The notes beneath the pieces were generated by a model, which made no database searches, was not told where the DNA came from, and saw only the letters and a program-made list of their open reading frames with translations. A DNA stretch of 64,000 nt, from contig DF237146.1 of the NCBI GenBank assembly GCA_000708835.1, positions 85,127 through 149,126 on the forward strand. Reading direction: 5' to 3'. Position numbers and translations under genes: made by a program. This DNA is from Klebsormidium nitens (taxonomy: Eukaryota > Plantae > Klebsormidiophyceae). Shown here piece after piece: positions 36,746-49,229 of this stretch (position 1 is its first letter; each line of letters begins with the position of its first letter).

Positions 36746-38085
36746 TCTGTTCTTAGCTCCTTGATAAGATAAGATTAGTTTCAAGAAAGGTGCTGTGTTC
36801 ATTTCTGAGCGAGCTCTCATGACAGATTCAATCTGCTCTTTGCTCCGTTGAGCTCAATCGATAGAACTTGGATTCAAGACGTACATGTGATATTCTGATG
36901 ACTGGACTTGTTATCTGATACACGAGAGTTCTTGACGAGTAAAGGAAAAGTGGCACTATTCTCCGGGCATGGATGCGACAGGAAAACAATGGGGATGTTT
37001 GCAGCAGCCTAAGTTAAAATGTGCCCAATAATACTGACCGTTCGTACCCGTCCGCTTTCAGCGGTAACGGGCCGAGACTTGGTTGGTGTCCCAGTGAATC
37101 AAATATTTACATGAGCGCTTTTGCTGCTAATGGAAGTGCATAATTGAGGAGCAGCCGTTTGGTACTGCAGAACACGCTTCTCAACAAACATCAAATGCTC
37201 GATCGCGCATATTCTTCCCTCGTTTTCCCTCTCAGCAGCTCGACTAATTGTTTGTCTAGCTCGCGCAACATCGATCGGTGGGCGACAGCAAGATTTGTGA
37301 CCATCACGAAATTGCACGTTGAACGGATTTCTTTCTGTTTTGCAACATTAGGCGCTTGGCATCTTCCCGGAAAATTGTACTGCGCGTAAAACGAAGAAGT
37401 TCCTTACATCTAGCTCGCCCTTTTGACATTCGCATCCAATCCTGCATGTTTTATGTTTTGTGGGCAGTATCGTACCATTACGCATGCGCAACATGACGAG
37501 TGTGAGATCTTCTGCTATCGACGACCGTGTGACAGGCTACTGAGGGTGACAACAGCAGAACACCGATCCACATTCAACACCTATATTAGTATCTGTACTG
37601 GCACGATACTGTTTGCTTAGCCTCAAGCAAAACACAGTTTGGCACCTTGGAAACAGGTTCGTCGGAGGCAAAGGAATGAGAGCCGAATGACAGCAACTTA
37701 GGCGCTTCGTCTTTGCTCTCAGACGAGTGAGAGTGAGCCTGTCTGGGAACGTGCTTCGCGGCCGCGTGCCAGCTGGCGGCGGCCGCCGCGCCACTGGTCC
37801 GGTCAATCACGTCCGACCGTGACGCGGCCGCGCGGACGCGCGCATGCAACTAGTCACACGCGGAAAGCGCCCGCCGCGGCCGCGCCGCGGCCCTACGTGT
37901 TCCGCCCGACGTACTGACTCTCTCCCACCGCGGCCGCGACAATACCAGAGCGGCGCTGTTTTTCAGTTGACAAAGATGCACGCCATCAGACTCAGCAGAA
38001 GGGTAGCCGCACTCACGCTTGCGTGGAGACTCTGCTCAGTAAGGTGGGCTTCTTATGATCCGCCACCAGGTCATACATCCAAGGC

Positions 38086-39134
38086 ATGGAGCGCCTTCCA
38101 AGCGACGTGGTCCTGGCAATTTTGTTCAAGCTAGCGGTGCAGGACCCCCTTTCTTTACTGCGGGCGACCCTAGTCAGCAAGTCGATCTTTGAACTGACGA
38201 ATAAGACTCCTGCCATCTGGGGAGAAGCCTTCTTTGCGCCTTATCGTCAAGACATGACAACGATTCCGTTTGTAGATATGGAATATCTGGACGCTGCAAC
38301 TGTTGAGCACGGCGGGTACAAGCCGCTAGTGTTAGCGAAAGCCAGGCAATCGCAATCAGCGGCGAAACAAGGAGGTTTTACAACAAACCAGAAACATTCA
38401 CGTTCTGGTTTTGAACAAATCAGGAAACGCATCTTGCTCCAAGGAAGGTGTACCTTGTTCCCCAAGTCAAAGGTAGTCCATCAGAAGAAAGCTAGACTTT
38501 TGTAGCTGCAGAGTCAGGATAAGAGTTTGTTCAAGGCCAGCAGGTGGGTCCGCATGACAGCACACGCCCTTTCGATCGATCCTACATGCTTCATTCTCAT
38601 ATGTGGATCCTCGCCGTCCGTTCGTCCCTTATGGAAGTGCTACGTTGATCTGCATGTGACAGCGTTCCTCGAAGTAACCAACCTGCTGTCACTTCAGTAG
38701 CGATGTGTTGTTTGGGTCCCCGTATCCGGTTTGAAAAAAGTACAGTCTCGTATCTTGGGGACAAGGGCCGTGTTGCGATTGTAAGCGGAAGTCTAGGAGC
38801 ACGCGCGCAGTTACCCGTTTCGATTACTTTAAGATACGCATCCGTGAATGTGCTGGACGAGGTCTTCAGCATTCCTTTCCTTTCTTCAGTATCTCAGCAC
38901 GGTATCGACTTACGTCGTTCATGCTTAAAACCCTTGAGCGGCCCCAGACTGTTTGTTATCATCAGGTTGAACTTGCACACGAGAGGGTTTGAATTTCACT
39001 TGACTTCAAACGCACTGAAAGTTTGCCAGCAAGCCGCTCTGCCGCGTTTCAGCTCGTTTCCTAATTCACACAGTTCATTACGTTGGAATTCCACGCATGC
39101 AGAATCTACTTTCGTGGGCAGAAACCCAATCTAA
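38086..39134 (+). pseudogene. F-box-like paralog I, premature stop at 38503-38505 and later frameshift
   Basis: N-terminus is close to paralog A. The downstream 38703-39134 frame (VSITLRYASVNVLDEV) resembles the A C-terminus (LSIELYAYVTIQGDV). Confidence 0.72.
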
Positions 39135-40281
39135 TAGAGTGACGGGAGTAGCACCCTAAGATAAATCAGCGAGTCATGTATGGAATTCGTCAACAAGGGG
39201 TCAACAAAAACGCGCCTGTGGTACCATCAAATTACAGTTGAATAGAAAGTCACATAAGGCGTTTTGGCATCTTGAAAGGCGGGAGAAGAAAGGAAAGCGA
39301 GGCTGAGTTCCTTTTCATGCTTATGGGTCAGTATAATAAGACGTCTTTGGAAGGTTGGCGATGCCAGACGTTGAGAAAGGAGGTGCCCGAACGGCGCGCG
39401 GCCGCGTTCCTGGGGCGGCAGCTGGCGCCGCGCGCGAGCCCCAGATGCAGGATCGCAAGCGTGCGCGCAACCAGGCGCGAGCGTCCCCGCAACTAAGACG
39501 TACTACTCAGCTATACATAAACCCGCGTAGCATGTTCCAGTGGGCATTGCGAGATACCCATGATCAATCCGATTATAATTTCCAGCTACATATTCAACCA
39601 TTATGCGCTGCTCCGTCACAACTGGATGCATGTCTGTCGCGTGTTGGATTTGCACTTTCAAGCTCGACAACCTATAGGTACATGATTGGCACTGTTTGAA
39701 TCAAAGCGGTTCTATAGCTTGAGGCTTTGCGTCGCCCGTTCTTTATTCCGAGCGCTACTGTTTCGAGTGACCAGTTACCTGCCAACGCTTACGTTTAAGT
39801 GGCGCAAAGCGGATACAGCAACCGTCATGAGTTTGTTTCTCGGTCTTTCCCAACGAGCCGTCAGAATCTGTGGCAGCCCGGCCGCTTTGCAGAACCTCAG
39901 TGAGAAGCTTCGTAAGAAGCTTCGACCTGGGCCATGTTCATGCCACCGCGGGGGCGGCCGGACGACCAAGTGGCTTTTACAATAACACAAAGTAGCTTTT
40001 TCACACCGACCACAAGTGGCTTTTCTACACGGACCACAAGCGGATATTCACACCGACCACAATCAGGGACCTGAAGCCGGGCTGCAAGTCGCCTCCACTT
40101 CCGAGCGGCTTTTGCAACTTTAGCTAGCTAGGATTAAGAGCTGGGTCTGCGAACTCGTTCTCTAACTCGGCACTTGCGTAGTTAAGTGTTGATGATTGAA
40201 ACTTCCTCGAAGCGGCAAGTCGGTGACCGACGATTAGGCTTGGGCTTTGCAGACCTCCGAAAGCCTTAAACTTGTATCTTG

Positions 40282-40348
40282 CTTCGCAAGCTGAGCGGCC
40301 GAGGACCCAAGTCGGAATCCTTGTTTCAGGCTTCGGCACCTGCAAGCT
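40282..40348 (+). pseudogene. Decayed F-box N-terminal stub upstream of paralog J
   Basis: cttcgcaagctgagcggccgaggaccc..cacctgcaagct matches the RKLAAQDP..CK coding sequence with indels. Confidence 0.5.
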
Positions 40349-40422
40349 CTTCATTTTGAACGGCAGTTATTTTTCATCCCCAGGCACATGCAGGAACGGC
40401 GTGTGTCTAAGAAAGCGCGCTG

Positions 40423-40480
40423 GACGCGGCCGCGTTTTCGGCCGTGGTCGTGACGCGGCCGCGTTTTCGGCCGTGGTCGT
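40423..40480 (+). repeat. Perfect 29-nt tandem duplication in the paralog J promoter
   Basis: gacgcggccgcgttttcggccgtggtcgt twice. Confidence 0.95.
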
Positions 40481-40657
40481 ACCGCGGCCGCTCGAGCGCC
40501 CACCAAACTTATTCATCTTCAATATTGCAAGACGTCATGTGAACAAACCGCACTGCCAAGCGAGACCTTATAGCGGGTGCCACATGTGGCGACGATGCTT
40601 CAAGCACGGTGCTTCAAGTAGACAAGTTGTCTACCTTGAACGTCAGCGGGGCCGGGC

Positions 40658-41470
40658 ATGGAGAATCTTCCGAACGACGTACTTTTGATCGTCGTTCGCA
40701 AGCTAGCGGCTCAGGACCCCGTCTCCTTGCTGAGAGCCACTTGCTCCTGCAAGCATTTACTTCGGGTAACGGAGGGGAACCGCGTCGTGTGGAAAGAGGC
40801 GTTTCTTGGGTCGGCGCCCACTGAACAAAACACGGAGGTTCGCGATGCTTACGTCACTTGTGCTGAGCTGGATGTGGAGGTGGATAGCCTGGGAGGGTAC
40901 AAGCAGCTGGCGCTGATCAGAGCAGGACGTCAGCGAAACTCCATATCAGATTCGTGGTTCCTTTTTAACCAATTCAGTCCCGGAAATAGCAGAGCTTCTA
41001 TTGTTGATGCGAGCATCGTGGCCCGGTGTCTTCTTCTGTTCAGACAGCAGGGAAACATGTTCTGGACTGCCCATGCTGCTGGAACAAAATTGTTTCAAGA
41101 CTACGCAGCGTTTGGTCTACCGAACACTGGCGACCGGGCGTATGGCATCAGAACTGTGAATCCTCTCGACCTTCTCCCAGCCTACGTGTTTGCTCCATGC
41201 GACAAGGCAGAAAATGCGGGAAGAAGAAGCTCGGTCCAGATCAACGATGGGAGGATGCATGTGGAGGCTTACCTGTCCTTGAACAAAGATCCTATCCACC
41301 CAGCAAGGTTTTGCTCACGAATAATTGAACCTTGGCCGTGGGAGTGCGACGTTGTTGTGAAGAGCAACGACATTGCTGAAGACGTTCTCGTAGGCGAAGT
41401 TACGGGCTGCCTCGTCTATCAGGACCCCGACCCCCATGATCCAAACGACTGGTTTTATAAGGGTGCATAA
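40658..41470 (+). CDS. F-box-like paralog J, intact intronless 270 aa
   Basis: Open ORF; close paralog of H (shared SAPTEQNT..DAYVTCAELD). Confidence 0.87.
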   Translation: MENLPNDVLLIVVRKLAAQDPVSLLRATCSCKHLLRVTEGNRVVWKEAFLGSAPTEQNTEVRDAYVTCAELDVEVDSLGGYKQLALIRAGRQRNSISDSWFLFNQFSPGNSRASIVDASIVARCLLLFRQQGNMFWTAHAAGTKLFQDYAAFGLPNTGDRAYGIRTVNPLDLLPAYVFAPCDKAENAGRRSSVQINDGRMHVEAYLSLNKDPIHPARFCSRIIEPWPWECDVVVKSNDIAEDVLVGEVTGCLVYQDPDPHDPNDWFYKGA

Positions 41471-43162
41471 GATGGCAATCATAATCTGAGCGGTTGAAGT
41501 CTTGGCAAGGCCCTTCGGCCAATGTGGGGTGGCCCCTCAAGACTCCTCGTGCTCAAATTTCTCGCTAACTTTAGCTCATCGAATACTCCTCCAGACACCA
41601 TTGAAGTTCTTGTCCTAGGAGTGCGGCAACAGGCTGTGTAAAAAATGCAATTCAAGTCGGGGTACTTTTTGGGGGCTAAGACGCAGACGGATCTAACCAA
41701 AGGCGGCTCTCCCTGTCATATTTTTGTATCTTGAATCTAGTGGAAGTTTTCAGTGCTAGATTACACTTCAAGGTCTTGAAACGCAAAGAAGGATCTCGAT
41801 TGCATCTGCTTCGCTTGGCCTTTTTGTCAGGTTGCGCCTGTCAATGTATTGAACCGGGAGCCATGGTGTGTCTGGTGACCTTGCAAAATAAACTTTGTGG
41901 GCATGTGTAATTTGTGAGCACGTCAATGGTCTGCGCTTGGTATTCCACCTCCGCAAGAACTGCTTCTCTGTCAGCAATTCACGCTCCCTGCCACCGACTG
42001 GTGCTATTCTGGCATGTTCACTGTGCATCACGCTAGAACGAAGCTAGCGGATGTTATATAATCCGCTGAAGATGAGCAAGCCTCCGTTCAGAGATGCCCT
42101 TATGAATTGACTAGACACAGGATGGGCAGTGATTTGAATCTCTCTCTTTTGCCGACCTGGGTGTAATACTGCATCAACGTATGGACGAAATACTTGCTCC
42201 AATATGCCCGATGATTTTTTGAGACCAGATATGAACCCTCAGTTCTCATGACTTCCAAACAGCCATTAATGCACCGCAGACAAACCAATTGTTGAGCGGT
42301 CGGGTCACAAGCAATCATCCAAGCGAGCTTGATTGACATCCCCGTCCATCATTTAGCAGCAACGGTAGATCAGTGAAAAACGAACGGTTGAAATTACTTT
42401 TTCTGTCTTTTTGCTGCAAATTGTTCTGGACGTGGAGAAGCAGCTGTTGGGGCTACTGCGAGACCCGCGTTTCCTTAATGAGAAAAAGGGCTTCAGGGAT
42501 CACATCCCGTATTTTCTCAATTTCTAAACGATCACAATACGACTGAACCAGGATCCCTGTAATTAGCGGCGGCAGTCCGTATTGAAGAACAAGTACGAAG
42601 TGGCTGAGATCTTGCCAGCGGCTCGAACCGCTACGCGTAAAACGTTCTCATATGCTCGCGTTCCTGGGAATCTTAAACAGTTTTATCGACTTGCGCATGT
42701 TTCATGACGTGGGCGGTAATCCAAGATGGAACGAAGTGACGGAAGTTCGACTTTTCTTGTCACCGTCCCTGCATGTATGTTGCCAGTCTAGGCTACGAGC
42801 AGATGATCACAATCACACAGTAGTGCCGTGCCGACAGAACGGTGCGCTTAGCCAGCTGGAGGCCGCCTGAAGCGAGACATACGGGGCGAAGTTTGAAACC
42901 TTCAAGAGAGGAACTTGGAAAGAACGAACGAGAGCGGACTGAGAGCGAGTCCGGTTCCCTTTGACGTAAGGAATGCGGGCCGTCCGTCCGATCTGTGGAC
43001 GGCCATCAGATGCTCGAGAAGTCTTAAGGCACCAGACTGCCGGGCAAAGCCCTAAACCCTGTGCGAATCGCGCGCGACCGCGGCGGCCAAACCCTCCCCT
43101 CAGGGTTTGGCCTCTTCGAATTCGAAACTTGCTGAGTACTAGGCGGCAGCCTCAGCAAGATT

Positions 43163-44625
43163 GTGAACAAAACCTCGGTTGCAGTCGAATCTTCTTCACT
43201 TCACTGTGAGTTGAGGCGGCAGCAGCAGCGCGTCTTGGCGCTGCTAAGAGGGCGCCATTTTTCTTTCTTTGGAGAAGAAGCTTCTCCATTGGAGCTTGGA
43301 GAAGGAGTTCCCGTGGCCCTCTCTTGGTGGCCTGACAGAATGGATCACCATCTGAAAGCCCTGGTGGTGCTATCGGGAGGACCGGCTGCTCTGAAGGGTT
43401 TCAAGCTCCTACATCAAACAGAGAATAGTCCCATCTGGTGCGAAGTGATTGATGCAGCTCAGGAGGCTCAGCAAGATTCGGAAGCCGTCCTAGTCAAAGA
43501 CAACTACGGCAACGAGTTTCCTCGTCCTGTACCCCTCAAGGATTTGAGCATCGGCTACGGATCCAGGCTGCTGAAAGACCCTCTCATCCAGGCTCTTTTG
43601 AGACAGTGCATCGATGTCTCCCTGTTCTTGCAAGCTGACCTAAACGGAACTAAGGTCGACCCTTCATCCACTCAGTTTGGGGCAGGAGGCTCACAGGCCC
43701 CCAGCAGATTAGGCACACCAAACAGGAAGGAACCTCAATTCGATCCAAGCTTCTGGGAGAAGTTCAAGATTGCTCCAGATGGACCTTCCGAAGAATTCAA
43801 CTTTGATCTGCTGAAAGAAGCGGTCTCTCAGATTGCAATGAGAGGCTCCTTGACTGACTATATGGAGGTTGTGATGCAAGATTACCCTGACATGCAGAAG
43901 TCTTGGAAATCCAAGGCTCGGTATCTCCTAGATGTCTACAAGGAAGCTGATGCAAGGACCGCTAGGCTCATGGCAGCCACGTATTTCTTCGCCTCGAGAA
44001 TCAACTATGTCTCCACAGGTTGCGAGTACATGGCTACGCAGTACTGCGCTGAGGTTAAGGCAGATCTCCGGAAGTTTGGCAAGAGTGAAACCTGGTCCAA
44101 GGATACTGTCCTGAGATAGAGAGCATGATCCGTGAGAAGTTCTTCCACTTCTTGGCCATGGCTGAGAAAGAGCTCTCTAGAGGCAACGTCAAACCGATCA
44201 ATGGATGGGGAGATGCAAGGTGAGATCCCCCGTTAATCAGTGAATGATTCTAGTCTTGAGCTGCTGGCTTCAAGCACTTGCAGACAATTCTGAGAAAGAT
44301 GCCTTCTCGAATGAGACGTCGGCGTTACATTTGTTCTGGATGAGTTCCAAGAGCATCCCTTTATTGGGGGACGAAATGTCCAACTGTCATTACATCCAAC
44401 TTCTAAATGAAGCTGCCTTTTGGCTGAAAGTGCTCACAGTCGACCAGCTTGAATAGGGCGGTCGCTTTGCAACAGGCAGGTCATTCTTAATGAAGACCTG
44501 TGATTGCTTGCAGGAAGAACGGTCCAAACAAGGGTCCCGGACCGAGAGGTCCCAATCGTGCTCATGAAGACAGAAGCCAAGATGAACGAGATGATCACAC
44601 CTTGGGGAAGAGACCTAGAAGGTAG
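43163..44625 (+). pseudogene. gag-like ORF1 of the DIRS-like element
   Basis: 318-codon ORF (first ATG 43340) in the gag position; apparent 1-nt frameshift near 44112; possible spliced C-terminus (intron 44220-44513). Assignment is by position, not by motif. Confidence 0.6.
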
Positions 44626-45526
44626 ATAGCCTGACGAAAATCATTCAGAGACATGGTCCAAAGTTGAGCAGTTTGTAAATCCTGATACTTCCAAAAGATT
44701 CAGACTATTAGCTGATGTCGGTTTGCTTAGAGGCAGAAGAGAGGTTAGAGGAATCGATTAAAGTGACAATAGGGACCTGGTGAGCTTCTCAGGAGACGTC
44801 ACTGGATCCCCCGTTATGCTTCTGGATTTTGCATTCAACTCAATTCAGCTCAATTCCCTGTCATTCAGAGATGACATTCACGCACTTCATCAAGAGGCTG
44901 AATTCTGCGATGATCGAACTGCTCGAGCTGACCTGCAACATGAGTAAGCATAGTACAGCAACCTGATGATGCATTCATGATTGTACTTGAACAGGCTGTG
45001 CAACGTCAGTTTCTTGCACTTATGCTGCCTACGCTTTGAAACTGTAAGTGTGCATCATGCGCAAGCGGCTCCTACTGAGCCGTTCATGATGTCCTTTCAT
45101 CAGGTCCACAAGTGATGCAATGATCGAAGACAACCCTGACGATTGCACTGCCCTTTTGTGCAAACGATCTGAGTAAGTACTCTTAGTCCTGATTCCGCTC
45201 ATCTGGATACAATGTTATCCTAGTGATGCCGCACATTGAAGGTGGCGCAATTCATGCCAAGCAGATTAATCGAAATATTCTCATCCGAGATGCACTGCAG
45301 ATTGGACCTGATTGGCCATCTCACACACTCTTGTACCAAAAATAGGCCACTGCTCAAAAATGCAGATCATCAAAAAAGTCCCTTATCCCAGCAAGACCCG
45401 AAAGAACCCCTCGTACCTCTGATCACAAGAATCCGGGGTAAGCAGCTACCTGACCTGTCTAAGGTGCAATTTGATATTCAAAGAGACTAAAAGCCTCACA
45501 TATTAGCTCCAATTAGCCGAGCTAGC

Positions 45527-48012
45527 TTGACGCATTACCTTGGATCATTCCGAGAGAATACGGCGCAGGACTTCGAAGTATCAACTGCAACTCATAGAGT
45601 CTCGAATGATTACAGGGGTCAGGAAGAAACGCGATTCGACCCAGGGCCTTTACTGGAAGGCTTGAGCTTTGAAGCCGAAGAAGAGGAGTCACTTGAGAAG
45701 AGTACTTCCGAGTCTCCAAGCGAGGAGGTTGACTGCGAAGCAGATCCGCTCATTCCCGATTCTGCAACCGAGCCGAATAAGTTTCGACCAAGTCTAACAA
45801 AGCTCTGCACTTTTGAAGAGGTACCAGCCATTCCGGTCAGAGCTCCCTTCGACTACGACTCGGAAACCCTCAGGGACGGGGTGAGAGCGGTCCTCGCTGA
45901 AGTAGACGCATTTGGCCAAGGCAAACACGAACTAAATGAAGAGGCGGACCTGGCCTGGCTCAAAGATGTCAAAAGGAACGTCCTCGATCCCGATCAGTTT
46001 AGGGCAGGAAACTTCAATGAAACTCTCCCCGCTTGGGAGGAGCTCCTGAAGTACTCCAAGAGAAAGACCTCAAAGTTGGTTTTGGGAGCCCTGAAAGACG
46101 GCCTGAAGCCGTCGTTTGAAGGAACGGAGAAAGCTCTCGATTCCAAGAGGAAAGTGGTGAGAGCCATGCTCCACCAAACAGCTCTAAAAAGGGAAGTGAA
46201 CTCCTTCCTCAGCGGCAAATTTCCCAGCAGAGTGGAGTTCTCCAACCATCAATCAGCAGAGGACAACGCGGACTTTGTCTGGAATGAAGTCAAGAATAAC
46301 TTGGCATCCGGAGCGATCTCGGCCTACCCCAAGGGAAGCAAGCCCAAGGTGGTGAACCCGATTGGTGTGGTTTTCAATCCCAAGCCTAGAAAGATCCTCA
46401 ACGCTCGCTACATCAACCTCTTCATGAAGAAATACGACTTCAACTACGAGAAGCTCCGTGACATCCTCGTGTTTCTTAGGAAGGAGGGTTTCACGGCAAC
46501 TTGGGACCTCAAGTCTGGCTATTTCCATGTGCTCATTCATCCAGACTTTCGAACCTACTTTGGATTCAAGGTGGGCGAAGTCTACTTCCACTACAACGTT
46601 GTGAGCTTTGGCTATGCTCAAGCGTGCTACTTCTACACCGTGATTTCCTCCTCGAATTGCGAGCAAGAGGAGTCTACGTTTCGGGTTACGTGGACGACGG
46701 ACTGACGGCGAGCCAAGACAAAGCAAACTGCAGGTGGATCCTTGTCAAGATTCTCAAGCTTCTCACGCTTCTAGGGGCTCACTTCAGCATCCCAAAGTGT
46801 CTCTTGGAGCCTGCTCAGGTTGCCGATTGGCTCGGCTTTGTCGTGGACTCTCTTCACGAGCTCTTCCGGATCTCGGAGAAGAAAAAGCTCAAAGTTGTAG
46901 CAGTTCTGAAGCAGATTCTCGAGGCGAACGACGTCACGGCCCGGATGCTCGCCTCCATGGCAGGGAAACTCGTCTCCTTAGGCCCGGCAATGCTTCCCGC
47001 ATCCTTGTTCAGCCGTCCGCTTTTTGCAGCCATGCAAGGAAAGCTGAGCTGGGACGAGGTTTTCCAGAACCCAAATGAAGTAAAAGAAAGTGCCCGGCTC
47101 TTCTTGGAAAACTTCGATCGGTGGAACGGAAGGAGGTGGCACACTTTCCCGGTAACCCTTCAAACTTCATCTGATGCTTCAGACGTCGGATTTGGGGGTT
47201 TCGTCCAGTTCCCCGGCAAAGCCAAACTGCAGATCGCCGGGACTTTCTCCCAAGAGGAAGCAGCTCTGTCGAGCACAGCTCGGGAGATGAAGGGCCTTTT
47301 GAAGACCCTCCAAGCCGCCCTACAGGCTGCCGGACCGTCGGCCATCAGGAACTCCTGCTTGGTTCTCACGACTGACAATCGAGGGGCGACCTATGCTATT
47401 AATAGCATGCGAAGCAGCAGCCCTGACGTCAACAAGATCCTGCAAGATTTCTTCCTCTTCTCGTGCGAAAACGGGGTGGACGTCAAGGCCTACTGGAAGC
47501 CGCGGGAGGAGATGCAAGAAGAGGATGCACTGAGTCGTTTCCCGGATGCCTCTGACTGGGGTCTGAGCTCCCCTCTCTTCCAGAAAGTGACGGCCTGGTT
47601 TGGCGTTAAACCCTCCGTGGACCTCTTTGCGTCTGACATCTGGCACGTGACAGAGAAGTTCGTCTCGAAGGAATTCACACCCGGCTGCCTCGCCGTGGAC
47701 GCACTGAATCAAGACTGGCGGCAGCTGCTCAAGGAAGGGGACTGGGCCTGGATGTTCCCCCCTCTGAGGCACGTGGCACAAGCAATCCGTCTGATCGAGA
47801 AGTTCAGGATCAACGGCATTCTGATCGTGCCGCGCAGGAACGCGACGAACTGGTGGCACGTCATGCACAGCTGGGATCTCGCCTCCCCGCCCGAGCCAGT
47901 AGAGCTGCCCAGGAGCGAGTCGACTTGCGATCCCAGCCTGAGAGTGCCAGAAAGCGTGGTCAATCCAGCGTACTTCTCGCTTAGTGCAATAAAGATCGAG
48001 TGGAGGAACTAA
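45527..48012 (+). pseudogene. DIRS pol: reverse transcriptase, RNase H and Dam-like N6-adenine methyltransferase domain, frameshifted
   Basis: RT: TWDLKSGYFHV, VVSFG, YVDD. RNase H: SSDASDVGFGG, STAREM, TTDN, EEDALSR. Methylase-like: PSVDLFAS, AVDALNQDW, WMFPP, ILIVP. Frameshift near 46640. Confidence 0.92.
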
Positions 48013-48308
48013 CATACAAACACAGTTTCCAGTGCTTAGTTTTCGAGCGGATGTAGCACGACCGCCCAGAACGGTAGCACAAGGCCCCACTAGTCGCTCA
48101 GACATGCACGGTGAAGTCGAAGTTGGTGCGATGCGCTTCCGTTTCATAACCTTTATGGTCTTAGGTCTGGCATCTTGAATGATCAGCAACTGTGCACAAT
48201 TCCAAGCTGTTCGGTTAGACATGCTGAAAGGTCGCAAGATCGCATCATACACCTGAGCATGACGTGAGACGTGCTAATTGCATGCTCGTTCGAGGATAAA
48301 TCCCTATC

Positions 48309-49156
48309 TTAACGCGGCCGCAGTAGTCGGTCTTTCTGTACTACTGTTTCCCATATCTCCTCTACGTAGAGCTTGAAAGCACTCAGAGACTTATGTCGTG
48401 TCTTTTCCATTAACTCTCGGATGCTGTAGTTGAAACTCAAGGCCTCGTGCTGGATGGAAGAGCGCCGGAAGCTGTGTAAAGTCTCGCCCTCAAACAGCCC
48501 GGCAGCCCGCAAATGCTTCTGCAATCTCTTACGCAGAGTGCCCGAACTTATCGGGCCTGGTGCATAGCCTTTCCTATCTCGAGTCATGCACCGAAACAAA
48601 CAACCATCCTCCTCTATCTCGTATCCTAATCGTTCAAGCGCTGTGATTAGCTGAGCACTCGCCTCCAGGAAAGACAAACGGGCGGAACTTTCTGGGCTGG
48701 TGAGCGGAATCCGTGCCGACGGTTCTTGCCGCACGGTTTTCGACCAACCAGGAAGAGCGACCCCCTCCACCCGTTCACCTGTCTGTGCAGTAACTCCCCG
48801 CATTCTTTATCGCGGGCCCTGGACTCCCAAAGGTATAAGAACGCTGCACGATCCATCAGCAGATTGCATTGGTCGAGCCCGGTGCTGCAGGCAATTCCCC
48901 CCCCGAGAAAAGCTAATAGGTGATCCAGTTTCTCCTCTGAGAACACCTTGGCTCTTTTCTCTCGGACTCCTGCGTCGTGCAGCAAGACGGTGTAACCGTC
49001 ACGGTAAGATTTGACAAGCTCGGAACGGCCAGGATTGGCTGGCCCCTCAAAACCCATCAGCGTGTAGCTGCGCGAGATATGACTGACAGAATTCTTAACA
49101 GCGCTTGCTGACAGAACGTGCTCTCCAGTCTTGGGATTCACGGTACGACTCTCCCC
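48309..49156 (-). pseudogene. DIRS tyrosine recombinase (C-terminal part), antisense to gag/pol, frameshifted near 48780
   Basis: Catalytic set R (ESRARDKE), K (WSKT), HxxR (LHSFRR), H (TRHKS), Y (FKLY); core-binding region NPGRSELVKSY; N-terminus missing here. Confidence 0.9.
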
Positions 49157-49229
49157 TTATGTACAGTTTGTAGGTAAACTGAAGCACAGGTTTAGCAGTA
49201 CAAACCTAGCTAAACCCTCTGAACCCTGA

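Larger units (their letters stand above)
42967..49157 (+). mobile_element. DIRS-like (tyrosine recombinase) retrotransposon, degenerate, with its 3' end displaced
   Basis: gag-like ORF, RT-RNaseH-methylase ORF and antisense YR ORF; 5' terminus (TAAGGAATGC...) shared with the copy ending at 21819. No integrase or LTR pair seen. Confidence 0.92.

Noticed and set aside
39961-40065. Three to four ~23-nt repeats (ttcacaccgaccacaag)
   Set aside because: Adjacent degenerate tandem units without unique spacers; not CRISPR-like.
42973-43209. Near-identical 77-78 aa ORFs here and at 21580-21813
   Set aside because: Identity reflects the duplicated non-coding element terminus, not a conserved protein.
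46501-46705. Overlap of two pol ORFs as a programmed ribosomal frameshift
   Set aside because: The shift falls inside the RT core between the FG and YVDD motifs, where the spacing looks about 4 residues short; a deletion is more likely, and no slippery heptamer was seen.
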